Shown: positions 40,489-55,390 of the stretch, one piece after another
Layout: the number at the start of each line of letters is the position of its first letter
Position numbering within the stretch: the first letter of the stretch is position 1
NCBI GenBank assembly: GCA_012295275.1
Contig: CM022679.1
Location: 11,036,001-11,100,000, forward strand
Direction of reading: 5' to 3'
Source of the DNA: Chrysomallon squamiferum
Taxonomy: Eukaryota > Animalia > Mollusca
DNA: 64,000 nt
Notes under the pieces: generated by a model
Database searches by the model: none
What the model was told of the DNA's origin: nothing
Seen by the model: the letters and a program-made list of their open reading frames with translations, nothing else
Program-made: the position numbers and the translations under genes

Positions 40489-42550
40489 CTCTGAAGCTAA
40501 GTTTCTACTTTTCCAGTAGCCTCAAATCTGCCAGTCTGTGCACAATCAGTAGCAGCTAATTGCACACTTATCTTCACACAGCTTCTTACAGATGAATGTG
40601 AAACTTTCTAAACACTGTTGCATGCTATCTCTCTTTCCTACCTACTTTTTATCTACTGCCGTCCCTCTGTGTCCCTGGACAAGGAGTTTTGGAATAAACA
40701 TTCAAATCCACGACATTGGCCGATGTTTGCCCACTTATTGTCTTGGATTCCTTCGACACATGGCTGAAGCAGAGAGACAACAGTGACAATGTTTGCTTAC
40801 AATGGCAACATAAAGTAGCCCTTTGTTCGCGTGACTCCCTGGCAAACATCGATGTGCATGGTGTCGGGTTTTATTTCCCTGCTGACTTTCCTAATATAAA
40901 CTGTCCACATCGATTGTCTTCTGGCAAATACATATCTCTGGTGTTGTATGTTGAGGATGCCAATAAATATTGTCACATCAGTTAGGTGAAAGAGGCAGGC
41001 AAATACTGTTACCGGCATGGCAAAGCAGCCCGCGTAATTTTTCAGCTTCGCTTCATGAATAGTGCAAACACTGATTTGGCCCAAAAATTCAGATTAATGT
41101 TTTTATTTTATCATTTCTTCAATTTTTGGTAAATAAATCACCAACGTGTTGCCTGGTTGCTGTGGGGTCTCCATTGTTAATAAAGCTGGACAAAGGTCAG
41201 AGGAATGTCAGTGTTTCTGGGAACATTTCGGAACTGTCTTCAAATGGTGTTTGAATATGAGAGAGGAAAATAAAAGACATGTTCTATCAAAATTTCACTT
41301 ATTTTAGCATCTTTTGGTGTGTGATATTTTTTATTTTCTCACAGATCATGGCCGTTTAATAACTCTGTCAATTTCTAAACATCTTCCAAATGTGTTTTTT
41401 TCAGAAACTTTTCACAAAAAAAAAAAAAAAAAAAAAAAAATTATTAAATAGCAAAAGTATAACTGAATGCTTAATACAGTTTAAATTTAATTAGCAGAAG
41501 ATTTGTTTTAATAATTTTGAAGGGGAAAAAAACCTTGAATGCATTTATGATTCAACTAACTTTAAATAAAAAGTAAATAATTTAGTTTTCTCTTTCTCTT
41601 TGCATTAAATTTTAAACATCTTTATTTCTGAGAATGTAAAGATTTGTTCATGGGTAAATAATTCAGTATCACTGGTAATATGTCAATACAAATGTTAAAA
41701 ATATATTATATAAATAAATAATGTCATTAATACTAACACATTATACTGTACAGTCTTGTTACATACAAGTAATATTGTGTCATATAAAATGTGACATTGA
41801 AAATTAAAATTTATTTTATTGATCTTTCAGTAACAGTTTGCATGAATTAATTTTGTTAATTATGTGTAAGAAATGTTGAAAAGATTATTGTATATATTAT
41901 TGTATTATGCATACATACAATGATGTAGCATAACTTTAAATGTAAATTGTATAATTTAAATAAATTCAATGACCAAAGCAAAACAGTAATTTGATAAAGA
42001 AATAAAATAAATCCATAGAAACTAATGAAAACTAAACTATATATATATATCGTAACTGTTTTATAGTACAGTTAATATTGTTTCTATTCCAGTTGATGGT
42101 TTTTTTTTAGGTGTTCTTGTTTTTTTGAATATCTTTCATTAACAACTTGCTCACATTAGCATTAAAAAAACTAAGTATGAAAGTTAATTTTAATTTTGTT
42201 TTGTTTCTTGCAGGTGATAACATCTGGCAAGTGGGAGGAAGATACTCATTGTATTCACAGGTGAATTATTACATTACGTTAAAATCCTTGTACATTACAT
42301 ACTCAGCATCTTGTAAGTACGTTTTTCTCAGTCATTTTGATGAAAGAAATATCAGTGAAAATGTAAATAACATCATTATATAGGACAATTTGCTATTTCT
42401 TTTTAATTATCTGTATCTAGTTTCTACATATGTATGTATCAGGAATTGGAAAATACTTAGTAGATAATGCAGGACAATTAATATTTTGTCTCTCCCTAAA
42501 ACCTTTTTCATTTTGCAGGTTTTAAGTTTTAATGAAAAATAGATTTACTC

Positions 42551-42605
42551 TGTGTGTGTGTGTGCGTGTGTGTGTGTGTGTGTGTGTGAGAGTCTCTTTC
42601 TCTTT

Positions 42606-42688
<83 letters not shown>
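42551..42688. repeat. compound (TG)n-(TC)n-(CA)n microsatellite
   Basis: Direct reading. Confidence 0.92.
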
Positions 42689-42690
<2 letters not shown>

Positions 42691-44120
42691 TGGGATAGTT
42701 TACCATTTTCTCACAGCACCTCTCTCAAACTTTCCTGAAAGAAAAACTATATATATATACTTACTTGTATCTATTTATATCTTTCCAAAAATCAAATGAG
42801 AAATTTTTTTTTTTGTTTTAACCTTGTTATTATCATTATTATATATATATACTTTTTTTTCAAGTTGGCCAAACAAAATGGATAGTTGAAATAAAAACAC
42901 TGGCTACAGAATTCCTGCCTTATCTCACCCATTTCTCAGTGTTTTTTCTTCGTGTCTCCAACATTCTGGTTCATTTCAGTCACGAAGTGTTTATACAGAC
43001 ATTCTACAACAAGACTATTTTCTTTTTTCATACTCCAGTATCTCCCCATTCCCCCTGTAACATAACTCTCTATCAACCTGTGAGACATTTTCCCTCAGAT
43101 ATTGGATTTTTATTTCTCTGTTTTCGAATGATTTTGTCAAAATATTTGGCATCTGCTCTTTAAGTGCTTGTATCGTGTTGCTTTTTGGGGAAGGAGAGTT
43201 TAATACATGCAATAAATAAAAATTGCTAGTTTGAAATGTGTTTACAATGGAATATTTCACATGTATTAAGAGCCTGTTTTTCTTGTGTTAGTTATAATAA
43301 ATCAGTAAACAAATATTTGATACATTAAAAACAAAAAGAAAGTCTTGAGTTAAATTTATTCTTTATGTTTATCACTAATATTTCATGTTATTAATGTCAT
43401 AGTAAATATTATTTTTAATGATGTATATGATTAACAGAAATCATTTAAAGAGCAAATTATTAAAAAGTATATAAGAATATAAGAATAGGAACTGTTTTAT
43501 TGTTTCATTTACTGAATTTAAAAAAATTTTTTTATATATTGTACAAAATAATGAACTACATATAATTTAATATACATTTACAAAAATTTCTGCAAACTTA
43601 AACTTAATTTTGTGTATTTTCTGTGTTATGTTTAAAGCACATTCGTTATTTACCAGGAGAAATATCTTGTCACCTAATTCTAGTAAAATAAGACTAGCTT
43701 GAAAAAAAAAAGCATTTTGCATGGAAATTGTGTTGTGTGTTGGCCATTAACACATTGAATCCATTATCTTTTTAAATATTTATTATGGTAATTTTGTAAC
43801 AATAGCTTTCTCCCTTTTTCTTTGAATTCACGTATAACGCGATAGCCTCGTATCTCAAACGTGAAACATGATATCCATGATAGCAGACACTTTGATGTGA
43901 AAAATAAAATATATAAATATATATAAACACACATTATGCAGTCTTGCTTTTCTTCAGTGATATTAGTTTTCCAAAGTGTTTTAGGAGAGTGGATTTTCTG
44001 TTAGTTTTGTTGGAGGGTTTTTTCCTGTGGATTTTTTTTTTTTTTTTTTTTTTTTTATTTTATGAGTGTTTGTTTTAAAAAAAAATATTCTTCAAATGTT
44101 TCTTTTCTTGCAGTGATAGT

Positions 44121-44152
<32 letters not shown>

Positions 44153-44250
44153 ACAATTTTATAAACATTTTTGATTTTTTACAATCCATTGTTAGACCTG
44201 TTAAGGATAAAATTGTAATCAGTTGTGTGTGTTGTGTTTAACAGAGATAC

Positions 44251-44256
<6 letters not shown>

Positions 44257-44334
<78 letters not shown>

Positions 44335-44345
44335 GAGGGGGGGGG
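44257..44345. repeat. (GA)n microsatellite ending in G runs
   Basis: Direct reading. Confidence 0.95.
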
Positions 44346-46589
44346 AACTGTTACTAATATAACTATTGTAATAATAACAACTTGTCAAACAAGAATATAA
44401 TGTATCTGATCATCTGACCAAATGTTTACTAATAAACCAAAAATCTAATTTCTTTCGTAGCAGTTTATTTTAAAAATAATAATAATAACGATGATAAAAT
44501 AAAGAACTATAACAAACTTAAAAACGTTTTTCAATGCAGTTTCTAGTGACCATAAATTATCATCATGTATCTTTTCTAGGGTCTTTTCTAGGCACTCCGA
44601 TGCTCAAGATGTGTTAATTTATTGTAAGTTTTATTTAACCCTCACCACAAAAAAGTGTCAGCCTTTATGTTCTGCTGGGTAGTAAATTATTCATGGTGTA
44701 AAATTTATAGCCATCCACACAATTCTTGGTGTGAATACTCCAGTCACTCTTTCTAACATTCTGTTACCAACGTCAGATTTACAAGTTGACTGCTTCTATT
44801 GATATCTAAGACTTATTCTCACAGTGTTGTTTTTAAAATAAACAAATTTCCTTATCAAATGGCTTTGGCTCTGTCTTGATTTTAACGCACATCACAGACA
44901 GAATGTCTGAAAGTTGTCACTGGATAGGTTTTAGTGTACTGGCTCACACCAGCAGCAGCAGACTGGAACAGGAAAAAACGGTGACAAGGAGCTGTGTCGT
45001 TGGTATTTCAGGGAAGATTTGTAAAAAGGCGTACAAGATGGAGATTACAAAATTTATTTATTCATTTATTTATTTATTTATTTATCTATCTATCTATCTA
45101 ATTTATCTAATTTATTGATTGATTGATTTATCTGCTTATTTATTTATTTATTTAGTTAGCAGGAATATGAATGATAGTTTTATATATAAAGTACAACGTT
45201 ATTTATCTATATGACCTTTTAGCTTCTTATTTCAATTTTATCTGTTCATCTTCCTGTTCTATATTATATTTATAAATAATTTCTTATTTTTTTATTTATT
45301 TATTTATTTATTATATTTTTTTTTTTATATACATCCTGTTATTTTTTATTTAGCATGAATATGAAGTGAAAATCATTTTTCTAAAGTGACTTCAGTTTTC
45401 AAGAATTTTACCTGGTCTGTCACTTTTGGTTGCTATTATAACTGACATTTGCTGTTTTATTAACTGATTATAGAATTCTATAAATTGGTTTTTGTGAATT
45501 TTTATTGTTGGATATATCAGAATCTTAAAAAAGGTTTATGTGTGTTTGATAAACTGTTTACTGGCTGGCTGCTTATTTGACTGTAAAATAAACTATTTTA
45601 TTTTGTATATATTTTTTTTAATTCAGTAAAATGGTGATAAAAGAAGCATAAATTTGCTATTTAGGAAATGACAGAGGATTTGCTTTATTTTTTATTTTTT
45701 TGAATGCTGATACTAATGAAATCATGGTGTTGCTGGGATTGTACATTTATTGCCCTTTTTTTTTATTTTTCAAATTAGAAAAGTAAACAGAAACGACATG
45801 AAAAGCTACTAAAGCATGTTAAAACATGTAAGATACACTTGTATCTATACATATACTCAAACACACACGTATATGCATGAACACACATGTACATACATAC
45901 AGACAGGTACACATTTTTATACACATTAAGACGTTCATATACAATGTCATGCAAGTATTCATACTATTAGTGCATGCACATGCATGCACACACAGACACA
46001 CACACAGACAGACAACATTCACATACACACACTGACACGTTACATCATCAGCAAAGTTAGTTGTCTTCATATGAAAGTCATACAGGTGCCAGATGTGAAT
46101 AAATGTTGCTGTAAAGACATATTTATGATCAGAATAAATATGATTAAAGCTGGGTTTGATACTTTAATACGGTGTTTAACGAGCCAGATAAAGGTGACCC
46201 ACCCATTCCTGCTATCATTTGGATCTGATTAGGGAAAAACTTTGACTATTATCTTAAGGGAAGAAAAATATGAACAGTTTAACTTCCTATTTGTGTGTGT
46301 TGGCGGTGTCCACGAGGGTTTCTGCTTAATGAGGAAACAAAATATCTTCTAACTGTTCTCTGAAAAATGTTTTTTGTGTCTGCATGCTAGTATGTTTGTT
46401 TGAGTGTGTGACTGTGTGTCTGTGTGTGTATTTGGGTGGGTGTGTGTGTGTAGGTGTCGGTGTCAGTTTATATCTATGTATCAGAGAGACAGAGATACAG
46501 ACAGTCAGACAGACAGATATAGATACAGATAGATATACGTAAATTTGTTTAAGGATATGAATGTTTACATTTTGGTAGTGGTCGTTGAA

Positions 46590-46636
46590 TTAAATGGAAA
46601 CCCAGAACATTATGTGGTTATTGGCTGTTGGATAGT
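46590..46636 (-). mobile_element. SINE tail fragment
   Basis: GTGGTTATTGGCTGTTGGAT is a reverse-complement relative of the CCAATAGCC block at ~17138. Confidence 0.35.
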
Positions 46637-49600
46637 AATTACAAGTAATAATAATGATAATAATAATACTGATAATACTTCTGTATGGATAGCAGTATTT
46701 ACCTGGTAAGCCATTGCTGATTTATCTGTAAGAAAGTGTGGTGTGATATTACTGTGATACTAAAAAGATTTTGATAAACAGATCTGATTTGAACATTTCC
46801 ATACACTTATCTACACTGTTGTGAGACAACCTTCCTGCTGACTTCTACTTGTGGTTGTGTATATTTTGTTGATAAACATTAGACGCTGATAATACTAATC
46901 TATAAACACGGTTCATTTGAGGACAAACTGTACTTAAGTACACAAATGTCATTGATCATTTTAATCTTGGTCAAAAGTTTTCCTCTGAATGTTAATGTTT
47001 TTATTTCAATAACAAAAAAACAAAAAGTCTCATCATATTTCCATTGACTAAGTAGCAACCTTTGTTTCATTTATTTTTATTTTTACAGTTATAACAGCTT
47101 GTGTGTTATTTTGACTATGTCACTCCTGTGTGCATTTTGCATGTGTTACATATTTAATATGTAACTGCACTTTTGTTTGACCTCATTGCAAACACAATTG
47201 CGATGTGCCACACAGTACTTTTGTTTAAAAAAAATATATCATCTAGACATGAATGAACTGTGACAGGTGTTTTGTCCATAAACATTTTTGATATTATTGG
47301 TTGTCACATTGCAAATAAATAAACAAGTGTCTATACCAATAGAAAGATAACATTGTGAATTTAGGTCAATTGTTTTACATTTTATAATACAAAAAAACAA
47401 AACAAAAAAAGAAATTATCACGAACGTGGTGTTTTTATTGTCCCTGTGCAATATCTGTGATATTTTCTCATTGTAACTACAGTTCTTGCCAGCATTCTAA
47501 ACTGACTGTTGACACAGGTAATTAACAGGTAAAATGGTTACTGTATCAATTACCAACATGTTTGGTCTGATTATTATTAAATGAACTGGCTCTGCAGACA
47601 TAAATGTGTTGCCTTGACAAGCAGACATCATAATTATTATGGAAACAGATGGTGCATGCTGGACTGAGTGAAGATCTGACAACAACAACTGTGCTGTTTG
47701 ACTGTTAGGTTACAAATGGAATCATTTTTAAATGAATTGTTTTCTTTTTATCAAGGTTAATTATCTCTTGGGGTCTTCCCAGAAAAGGCTAGATGAAGTT
47801 TCTGTTGGTAAATCCTTACATCATGTGGTCAGATCTTTATATATATGAGTTCCAGAATCCAGGACTGAACATATTTCAGTCATTTTCACAAACCCCATAG
47901 ATAAACATGAAAATGTAAATGTATTAAGTTCAGATTTGCATGATGTGTACAAAACTTCTACTCATCAACTTGTTGTTCATGGTTAATTAACAAACATTTC
48001 CAAATATCAGCTTGAAACTTTACTTGTCTGTTACAGTTGTTAGAGTCAAGTCCATTATAAATGTGAATGAATATAATGGGATTTAAATATTAGCTTGCAG
48101 CTTAGTGGAGAAAAAAACCCAACAATACATTCTTTTAAAGATTGTTTACTAACACATTAGCTGATTATTACTCATTGTAATGAGCTCTGTCCCATTTTTA
48201 TTAATTTACACACGTAATTAACTTTGGTGTTATAATACTACTTGTACGACACTACTGTAAGTATTGATTTCTTCCTTGAATATATTTAATTAAATTATTA
48301 TCTTCTTCTGTTACTACTGACACAGTTTAGCATAATTTTACTTAGTATCGGCCCAGTTTAGACAGTGTCAATTTGCACAGATAGCAGTTAGGTCATCAGT
48401 AATCACAAATAAAACTAACTTAAATAGGCTAAGTAAACTGTTTGAGAAGATTTCAGATGTTGTGTATGGTATGACTTAAATGAAATATATTTCCCATTAA
48501 TTAAAAATTTTGGAAATAAAACAGCAGAAATATATAATTTAATAGTCCTGATTTTTTTAATCAACAGATTATAATTGAATTTTTTTTATGTATTTATTTA
48601 TTTCATATGTAACAGGAGTTTTTATTTGTTATTTTAATACTTTTTAATAAAATTCTGGTCTAGACTTGTAAAAGCATGTTTGGACAAATTGAATGACATA
48701 CTGTAGTAAAAACAAATTTAAAAAAAAAAAAAATAATAAAAAATAATTCATTTTATTTACCTGAAAATATTTCATTGAGAAAGTGTTGTTATTATTCGCC
48801 ACATGGCACTAGTCCAAGTTTGCACTGTACATGTCACAGTGTATTCCACTGTTGTGATTCTTGCACACAGGTGCAAGCAGATTACATGTTGTGTGAAAAC
48901 TTTACTGTTTACTTTGACCTTTTTTATTATTGTTGTAAGCAGCTTTTCTTAGAGTGATCTTTCTTGGAAGTTTGTAAATGCATGTATTTCTTATTTTTTT
49001 ATTATTATTTTTTTTTTTTTTCCTCTTTTTCAATTATTCTTTTTTTTTTTTTTTTTTTTTTTTCTTTCTGTCTTCTCTAATACTGTAGGATTTAAATCAA
49101 ACAATATGTCTGTTTTATCTGCAATAGACTGGAAAATAGTTTTGTTGTTGCTATTTATGTTTTGCTTATGGCAGTTTTTTTTTTTGTTGTTGTTTTGTTG
49201 TTTTTTTTATTTTGGGATTTCTTTAGATATTAACAAACCTGTTAAATTTTTTTTTAAATTTAAATGTTTTAAATCAGTTAAGCCTAAAAGGAAGAAAAAT
49301 AGATAGATAGATAGATAGATAACATATTTATATAGAGCAAAATTGACAATAACTTTTAATCCAATATGAAATAGCAAGATAAGCAGAACCATTTCTAAGA
49401 AAATGTATAGTGTATGATGTGTGTATAAAAAAAAATGACAGATGTAATATTATATCATGCATTTGGCAGCAAACCACCTGTTTCTGGGGTCAAGGATGCT
49501 TAGTCTAACATGTCTACACCAAAAAGAAGAAGAAAAAATAAACACCAAAAAAAACAGCAACAAAAATAATTTTCAGTGTGATGCAGTAATAAGCAGATGT

Positions 49601-49981
49601 TCGTTTACACAGTGTATGATGAATTGGTGTAACCTACTTTTTGTTATTGTTTGTTCTGCACTCAGCACTTGCTTTTGTGGATGGGAAAAATGGGCTGATT
49701 TCAGTCTCCAGTTTCATCTTTCATTCAGCATCCACTTTTTGGTTATTTTTATATGACACAGGTCAGGAAAGACGAGATGATAATGAGAGAATTTCCTGTG
49801 CACTGTAATACAAATATATATACACATACTGTGTGTGTAGTAAACAGTGTAACACTATTCTAGATATAACTCCTTGAAAAGACCTTGATCCTACAGCCTA
49901 AATGTGTTTGTTTGTGTGGTTGTGTGTGTGCGTGTGCATGATTTCATTCATGTGTGCAATGTACATCTCTGGATGTAAGAG

Positions 49982-49984
<3 letters not shown>

Positions 49985-50058
<74 letters not shown>
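49985..50058. repeat. (TG)n microsatellite
   Basis: Direct reading. Confidence 0.95.
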
Positions 50059-50061
<3 letters not shown>

Positions 50062-53000
50062 GTGTGTGGGTGTATGTATGTGTAGGTGGGTGTTAATATT
50101 TGTCTAAATTGTTAAACTGTAATCAAGAAGTTGAAAATATTTACAGAATACTGTTTTAGGTTTTGGTGATATTTTTGATGTCATCAGATTCATAGTCATG
50201 CCTGAAAACAGTTGTTGTAATCGTAAGAACAAACTGTGTAATGATCATTTAATGCTTTTGCTTTTGTATTTGTTTGCAAGCTTTTAATATCTGTGTGAAT
50301 AATGCAGGCAAAAAATTAATGTAAAATTTTTAATCCACATATAATTATTATTTGTAAGTGACATCAGATAACCACATCTAAATCATGAAAAAGTGCATCA
50401 TGAACGTAAAGTGCACATCTTCAAATTGTGTCAGTAAATGTTTTTGTGTTGTAATTTTGTATTATTTCAATCAATTTTATTAATAGGACACCATATAGGT
50501 TTTAATTGTATACATCTGAATATCAGTGCAAATGTACCAGAATGCCATCTTGTTTAGTTTACTTTGTCAGGACAACCTGTCTTTTGCATCCTGTTATTGT
50601 AACCTTTTTCTACCTTTATGTAAATATTTGTTTTATGAATTTTAGGCAATGAATTTTGAAACATTTCTGAAGGTGGCCATTAATGCACAGAATTTGTCAT
50701 CTTTAAATAACATTTTTATTGTTGTTAATAAAATATAAACATAACTTAAAGATGACACCTTTAATATTAATAATTGCATTATTTGGATCTGTTTTTTATT
50801 GTCTTGTTCCAGTAACATACTTTAAAAAAAAAAAAAATTAACTTTTTCCTTTTCTTTTACTTTGCTGAAAGAAAATTGGTGTCATTTGATGTTGCAAGTC
50901 AATTGGTGACAAAAACAAAGAAGGTTTTTTCAAACAGATGGTTCTGGGTGGTGTTTAGAAAGCATGGGAATGTTGTTGTTGTTGTTAAAAATGGCTGTAC
51001 ATCCCATTGATGGATTCACAAAACATTTAGCTGCGTGAAAGCCACCTTCCTGAGAATTCTGTGTGAATGACATCGTAGCTGTGAAAAACACAAGCACTAA
51101 CATTCTATACTTCATCTATTGTCAGTGCAGACAATGGAACACAAGAGGTGGTCATGAAAACTAAGCGCCTGGTGGTGGGGAGACTACAAGTGCTGTCGAC
51201 ATCACACCTAGAAAGGAGGAGTGGAGATACGTTATTATGAAACTGGGTCAGCCCTCAAGTACTCTCTTAGAACACAAAAGAAAAAAAAAATCTCAAGTGC
51301 ACTTGCTTTTTGTCTCCATTTTATTTTTCACCATAGGAGTTTTTTTTTTTTGTTAGTAACAGCTCTTTCATAACCTTCATTTAATTACGTTTTTTTATTT
51401 ATTTGTGGTTTTAGGTAACGTTTATCTCTTGTCTCATTCATGATTTTCTGTATCACTTTTCATTGTGTTTTTTTTTTTTTATATATATATATATATATAT
51501 ATATCTTTACATTTTTTCTATTTTTAATTTTGTTAAGGTTTCTAAGGTAAATTGAAGCTGTTTGAAAAAAAGACAATACTTTAATATCATTTTCATTCTA
51601 GGTTATGTTACTGATATCGGAAACAATTTTTTTTCTTCTTCTTATTCAAAGTCTTGCAAGGTATCAAGTAGGGCTAATGTATGCTAGCTTTACACTGAGA
51701 TGAAACAGGCTATCCTACAAGGATTTAGCCAGTCTTAGCTACTCGTTTTGACAGTAGGAACAATATTGTAGAATATCATTGTATGGAGGTTGTCATCTTA
51801 CATTAACAGCTGTATTTAGATCAAATTACTTCATGAAACAAAGGAAAACCAGCATAATATTTGATATGACTTTATCTTTTCCCCTTAATACAGTCATCAA
51901 ACCTGTAGAGAAAAGACTGAATAAGTATCTGATGTTCATCCAGAACATGATGACTGTTTTCATCCCATTTCAGCAGAACCATCAATCTAATTAGCAATGT
52001 AAGCAGTGCAGTCTTAAAGCATGGGCACACTTTGCAGTTGTTCTGGGGCCCTTGCAATCCATGTATACTATAGCATGAAGTCAGTAAATTTGATGTGGTT
52101 ATATAGAAGCTGTCCTAGTGGACTGATTTTCCAGGAGGTCTGTAACGTAAAAAAAAAGCTCTAAATCTAGACCACATTTGATGTTCCTGTATAAAAGTGC
52201 AGCTAAAAGAATCCTTGATCTTTTGTGGTAGTGTTTTTTTCTGGCTTGACTTGGAAGAGACTGACACTTGTAAAAGTCTAATCGTCTATGCAGTGGTTGG
52301 ATAAACATGAGGGGTGTCAGTAGTCGCACATTCTGTTCCTTTCCTTGACATTTCACAAACTCAATACCCACCAGCCTTACACATGATGACAGCAGCACTG
52401 AGAACTTCTTACAAGTTCTTTTCTCATCCATTGTTCACAGATTAGGGTCATGTCTTGAAGAAATTATACCAAAAAATATATAAGAAAAGAAAAGAAAATA
52501 TAACACATGTACGTACACATTATTTTACATGTATTGCATGTTCAGAAAATACAGCTGGATGTTACAAATAATCTAAGTAAGTTATAATCATATAAATGAA
52601 ATATCACTTTATATACATTCACATACTCGTGTGTGCTTGTGAAGTTTAATTGTTTTAGAATGATCAGGTTATTTCTAATATGCTACACATTAAACATGTA
52701 AAAAAAAAAATATGTGACATTTGCATGCAGGAAAATATATTTTGGTAAGTACAATGAGGATATTCCTAATGCTACATAAATTATAATACTTATTAAAAAC
52801 ATAATAAAATTTAAAAGTGATATGTAACAATGTGATCAAAATAAAATATTCTTAAGTTTTTCTGACATACTGCAGATAATGTTCTATGACATTTACAATT
52901 TATTGTTGTGACATTGTATATCTAAACAATTGTCTAAATTGAAAATAACCATTTCCCCAGCATTACAGCAATAATACTTTAGAAAGCGTTAAATGATAAA

Positions 53001-53479
53001 TGATTAGAAAAGATAAAGTTAATTAATTCTGAAGATTCTTTATGTCTTGCAATGGCTTCAGTCATCAGCAATGTCTTGGAGTGACTCTAATCTGTAAGCA
53101 TTTCAATCATTCATAATGTAGGAAGTGTTGTATTCTCAGATATTTTATAAACTTCTTTACCCACTGCAAGATAGTGATTTCAGTTTTATAATTTTAAATA
53201 TAATCTTTGCTGGCAAAAACAATACTCTCTTAATCAAATAGATTTCATATTTGTCTGATTCTTGTGCATGCAGTTTTGGAAACCCTGATTTTTAGCCATG
53301 CTGAGTTTGTATATTTAATTAAATGGTAAATTTTGATAAAATAATGACATTATCTTACAGCTTCCCTGATAATAAAAACTAGCAGACAATGGAAGTTGCT
53401 ACATCAGTAAGAACTGAAATGAAAGTAGTATGTTCAGTTTTTCATCTTCCTTAGAAAACAAGTTGTTAAATACAGACAG

Positions 53480-53572
53480 AAAAAATAAAAACTGTCAATG
53501 GAAACTCTAATGAGGATTGATCCTGTGACCAGTTATCCCTCATGCTAGTCCTCTATTACACAGCTACATTCC
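53480..53572 (-). mobile_element. tRNA-derived SINE head (decayed)
   Basis: Reverse complement GGAATGTAGCTGTGTAATAGAG (box A-like) ... ACAGGATCAATCC (box B-like); shares TGAGG...AGGATCAAT with the copy at 20-186. Confidence 0.6.
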
Positions 53573-55307
53573 ATTCTCTTGATTTGATACCCCCCAAAAT
53601 TATCCATTCTGAAGAATTAAGAAATACATTGCAGTATTAAGTCAATATGTCAAAAGGGTCTGGAAATAGCTGGTATAAAGATTTGATCCAAAAACCTAGA
53701 GGATGACATCTTAAATCATCAAATGCTAAGTTATCATTTCTGTATTCATATATGCAGCTTCACATAGAGTACAGGTTAAATAATTTATACAATTTATTAA
53801 TAATTCTGACTTGAACCTTTTCTGTGGGTTTTCCCTTCACTGTTTATGTGTGTGCTGATATTTTAAGACAGCTGTTAATGCATAATTTTAATAAAATGCC
53901 TGACAAATGTGACAGTCTCAAGAAGAAATCAAATAACAGAGGTCATCACAGGCATACCTCTCACCTGTCCAGCTCAGGTATGCTGTAATCACAGGTGTAG
54001 ATCAAACTTGACCTAGATGCTGCACCGAGGTCATTCGTTTACCTGTGGAGGACAGGTGTGTCAAGCAGGTATACAGTGTTGTACCAGGGAAAATATTTGA
54101 AAAATGTGCCTCAAGATATTGCACCTCAACTGGCTCACATTTCTCTGTGTGTGTTTTTCTTCGTAGGACAGTGGTAAAAAGGCCTGGGCATACATGAAAA
54201 CAAAAATACTATAACAGAAGAGAGATCAGTGACCGGTGGATGATGATGACCAGATGTTTCACTTATTAATAAGTTAATTAATTTTGTACAGAGACGATGT
54301 TGTCTCTGCCTTGCCTTGCCTTGGCTTGTAATGCCTGCTGTCCTGTGTTTTTCTAATCTGACAGGTAGGACTAAGCAAAGATTATCTAGTTCATTATATT
54401 TAGTTAAGTTGTTTACTCTGTGTTAAGCTGATAAACACCATGTAACAGAGGGGAGATGATTAGCCCACCTCTGTTTGCTTTCCTGAATTTCTCATTTTGA
54501 CTATAAATTTGATCATTGTTTTATATACATGTAAATTTTTTTTATTTTTTATTTTTTTAAATAGAAAAATCAGTGCTGAATAGTTCATTATAATCTGTTC
54601 TGATGGTTAAAGTGTTAAAGAGAAGTTTGTTTTCTTTCTTAGATGTGACCTGCAAATTAGGCTGGGAATTATCTTAGAAATGATAAACATGCTGATCTGG
54701 TGATTAGCAGAGGGCAAGAGTGATAAGAAGCGACGACTTACGCGAGATCGATGTGGACAAATAGTTTGAAGAAGAGAAAGATTTGCACGCTAAATCCTCT
54801 CTAAACGTTCCAGCAGGTTGTATTTTCTTACAAATTAGGAGGTCAATCACTTCGCTGCTTATCCTGGGAAAAAGAAACATGTCTGAAAATTTGCACTTGA
54901 AATGCAAGACGTTCAATAGCCGTGTGTTTACACACAGATTACCATCCGTCAACTTGTGTGTACCTTTTACGTAATTAATTTGTTTGACAACAGATAACCG
55001 TAGGCTGATGGTAAATAATTCAACGATAATGCATTTAATATCACCTTGATCATGTAAACAGCATGGCGCAGAAATATGTTTTGTATGTGTAAGGGGGGGG
55101 GGCGAGGTTTTTTTTTTAAAACAATTTAATGATTGTTTACTTTTGTAAATTTTTTTTATTTAATGCTTGTTTTCTAGATATGCTGAAACGTATGTTTCAA
55201 AATAATAATGAAATATCGTTCTCTAAGTTCTTACATCACAAACAGAAACCAAAAAACTTTTATATTCAAACATAATGAGAGGTATGAAATAAATGTTCAT
55301 TCATTCA

Positions 55308-55310
<3 letters not shown>

Positions 55311-55353
<43 letters not shown>

Positions 55354-55390
55354 TTCTCTGTTTCTCTCTCTCTGTTTCTCTCTCTTTCTC
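55311..55390. repeat. imperfect (TC)n microsatellite
   Basis: Direct reading. Confidence 0.9.

Noticed and set aside
53480-53572. tRNA gene
   Set aside because: Only degenerate A/B boxes and no cloverleaf; better explained as a SINE head.
17200-54400. Frequent TGACAG/CTGTCA (Meis/Homothorax-type) motifs
   Set aside because: CpG decay inflates TG and CA, so enrichment cannot be claimed without a dinucleotide-matched test.
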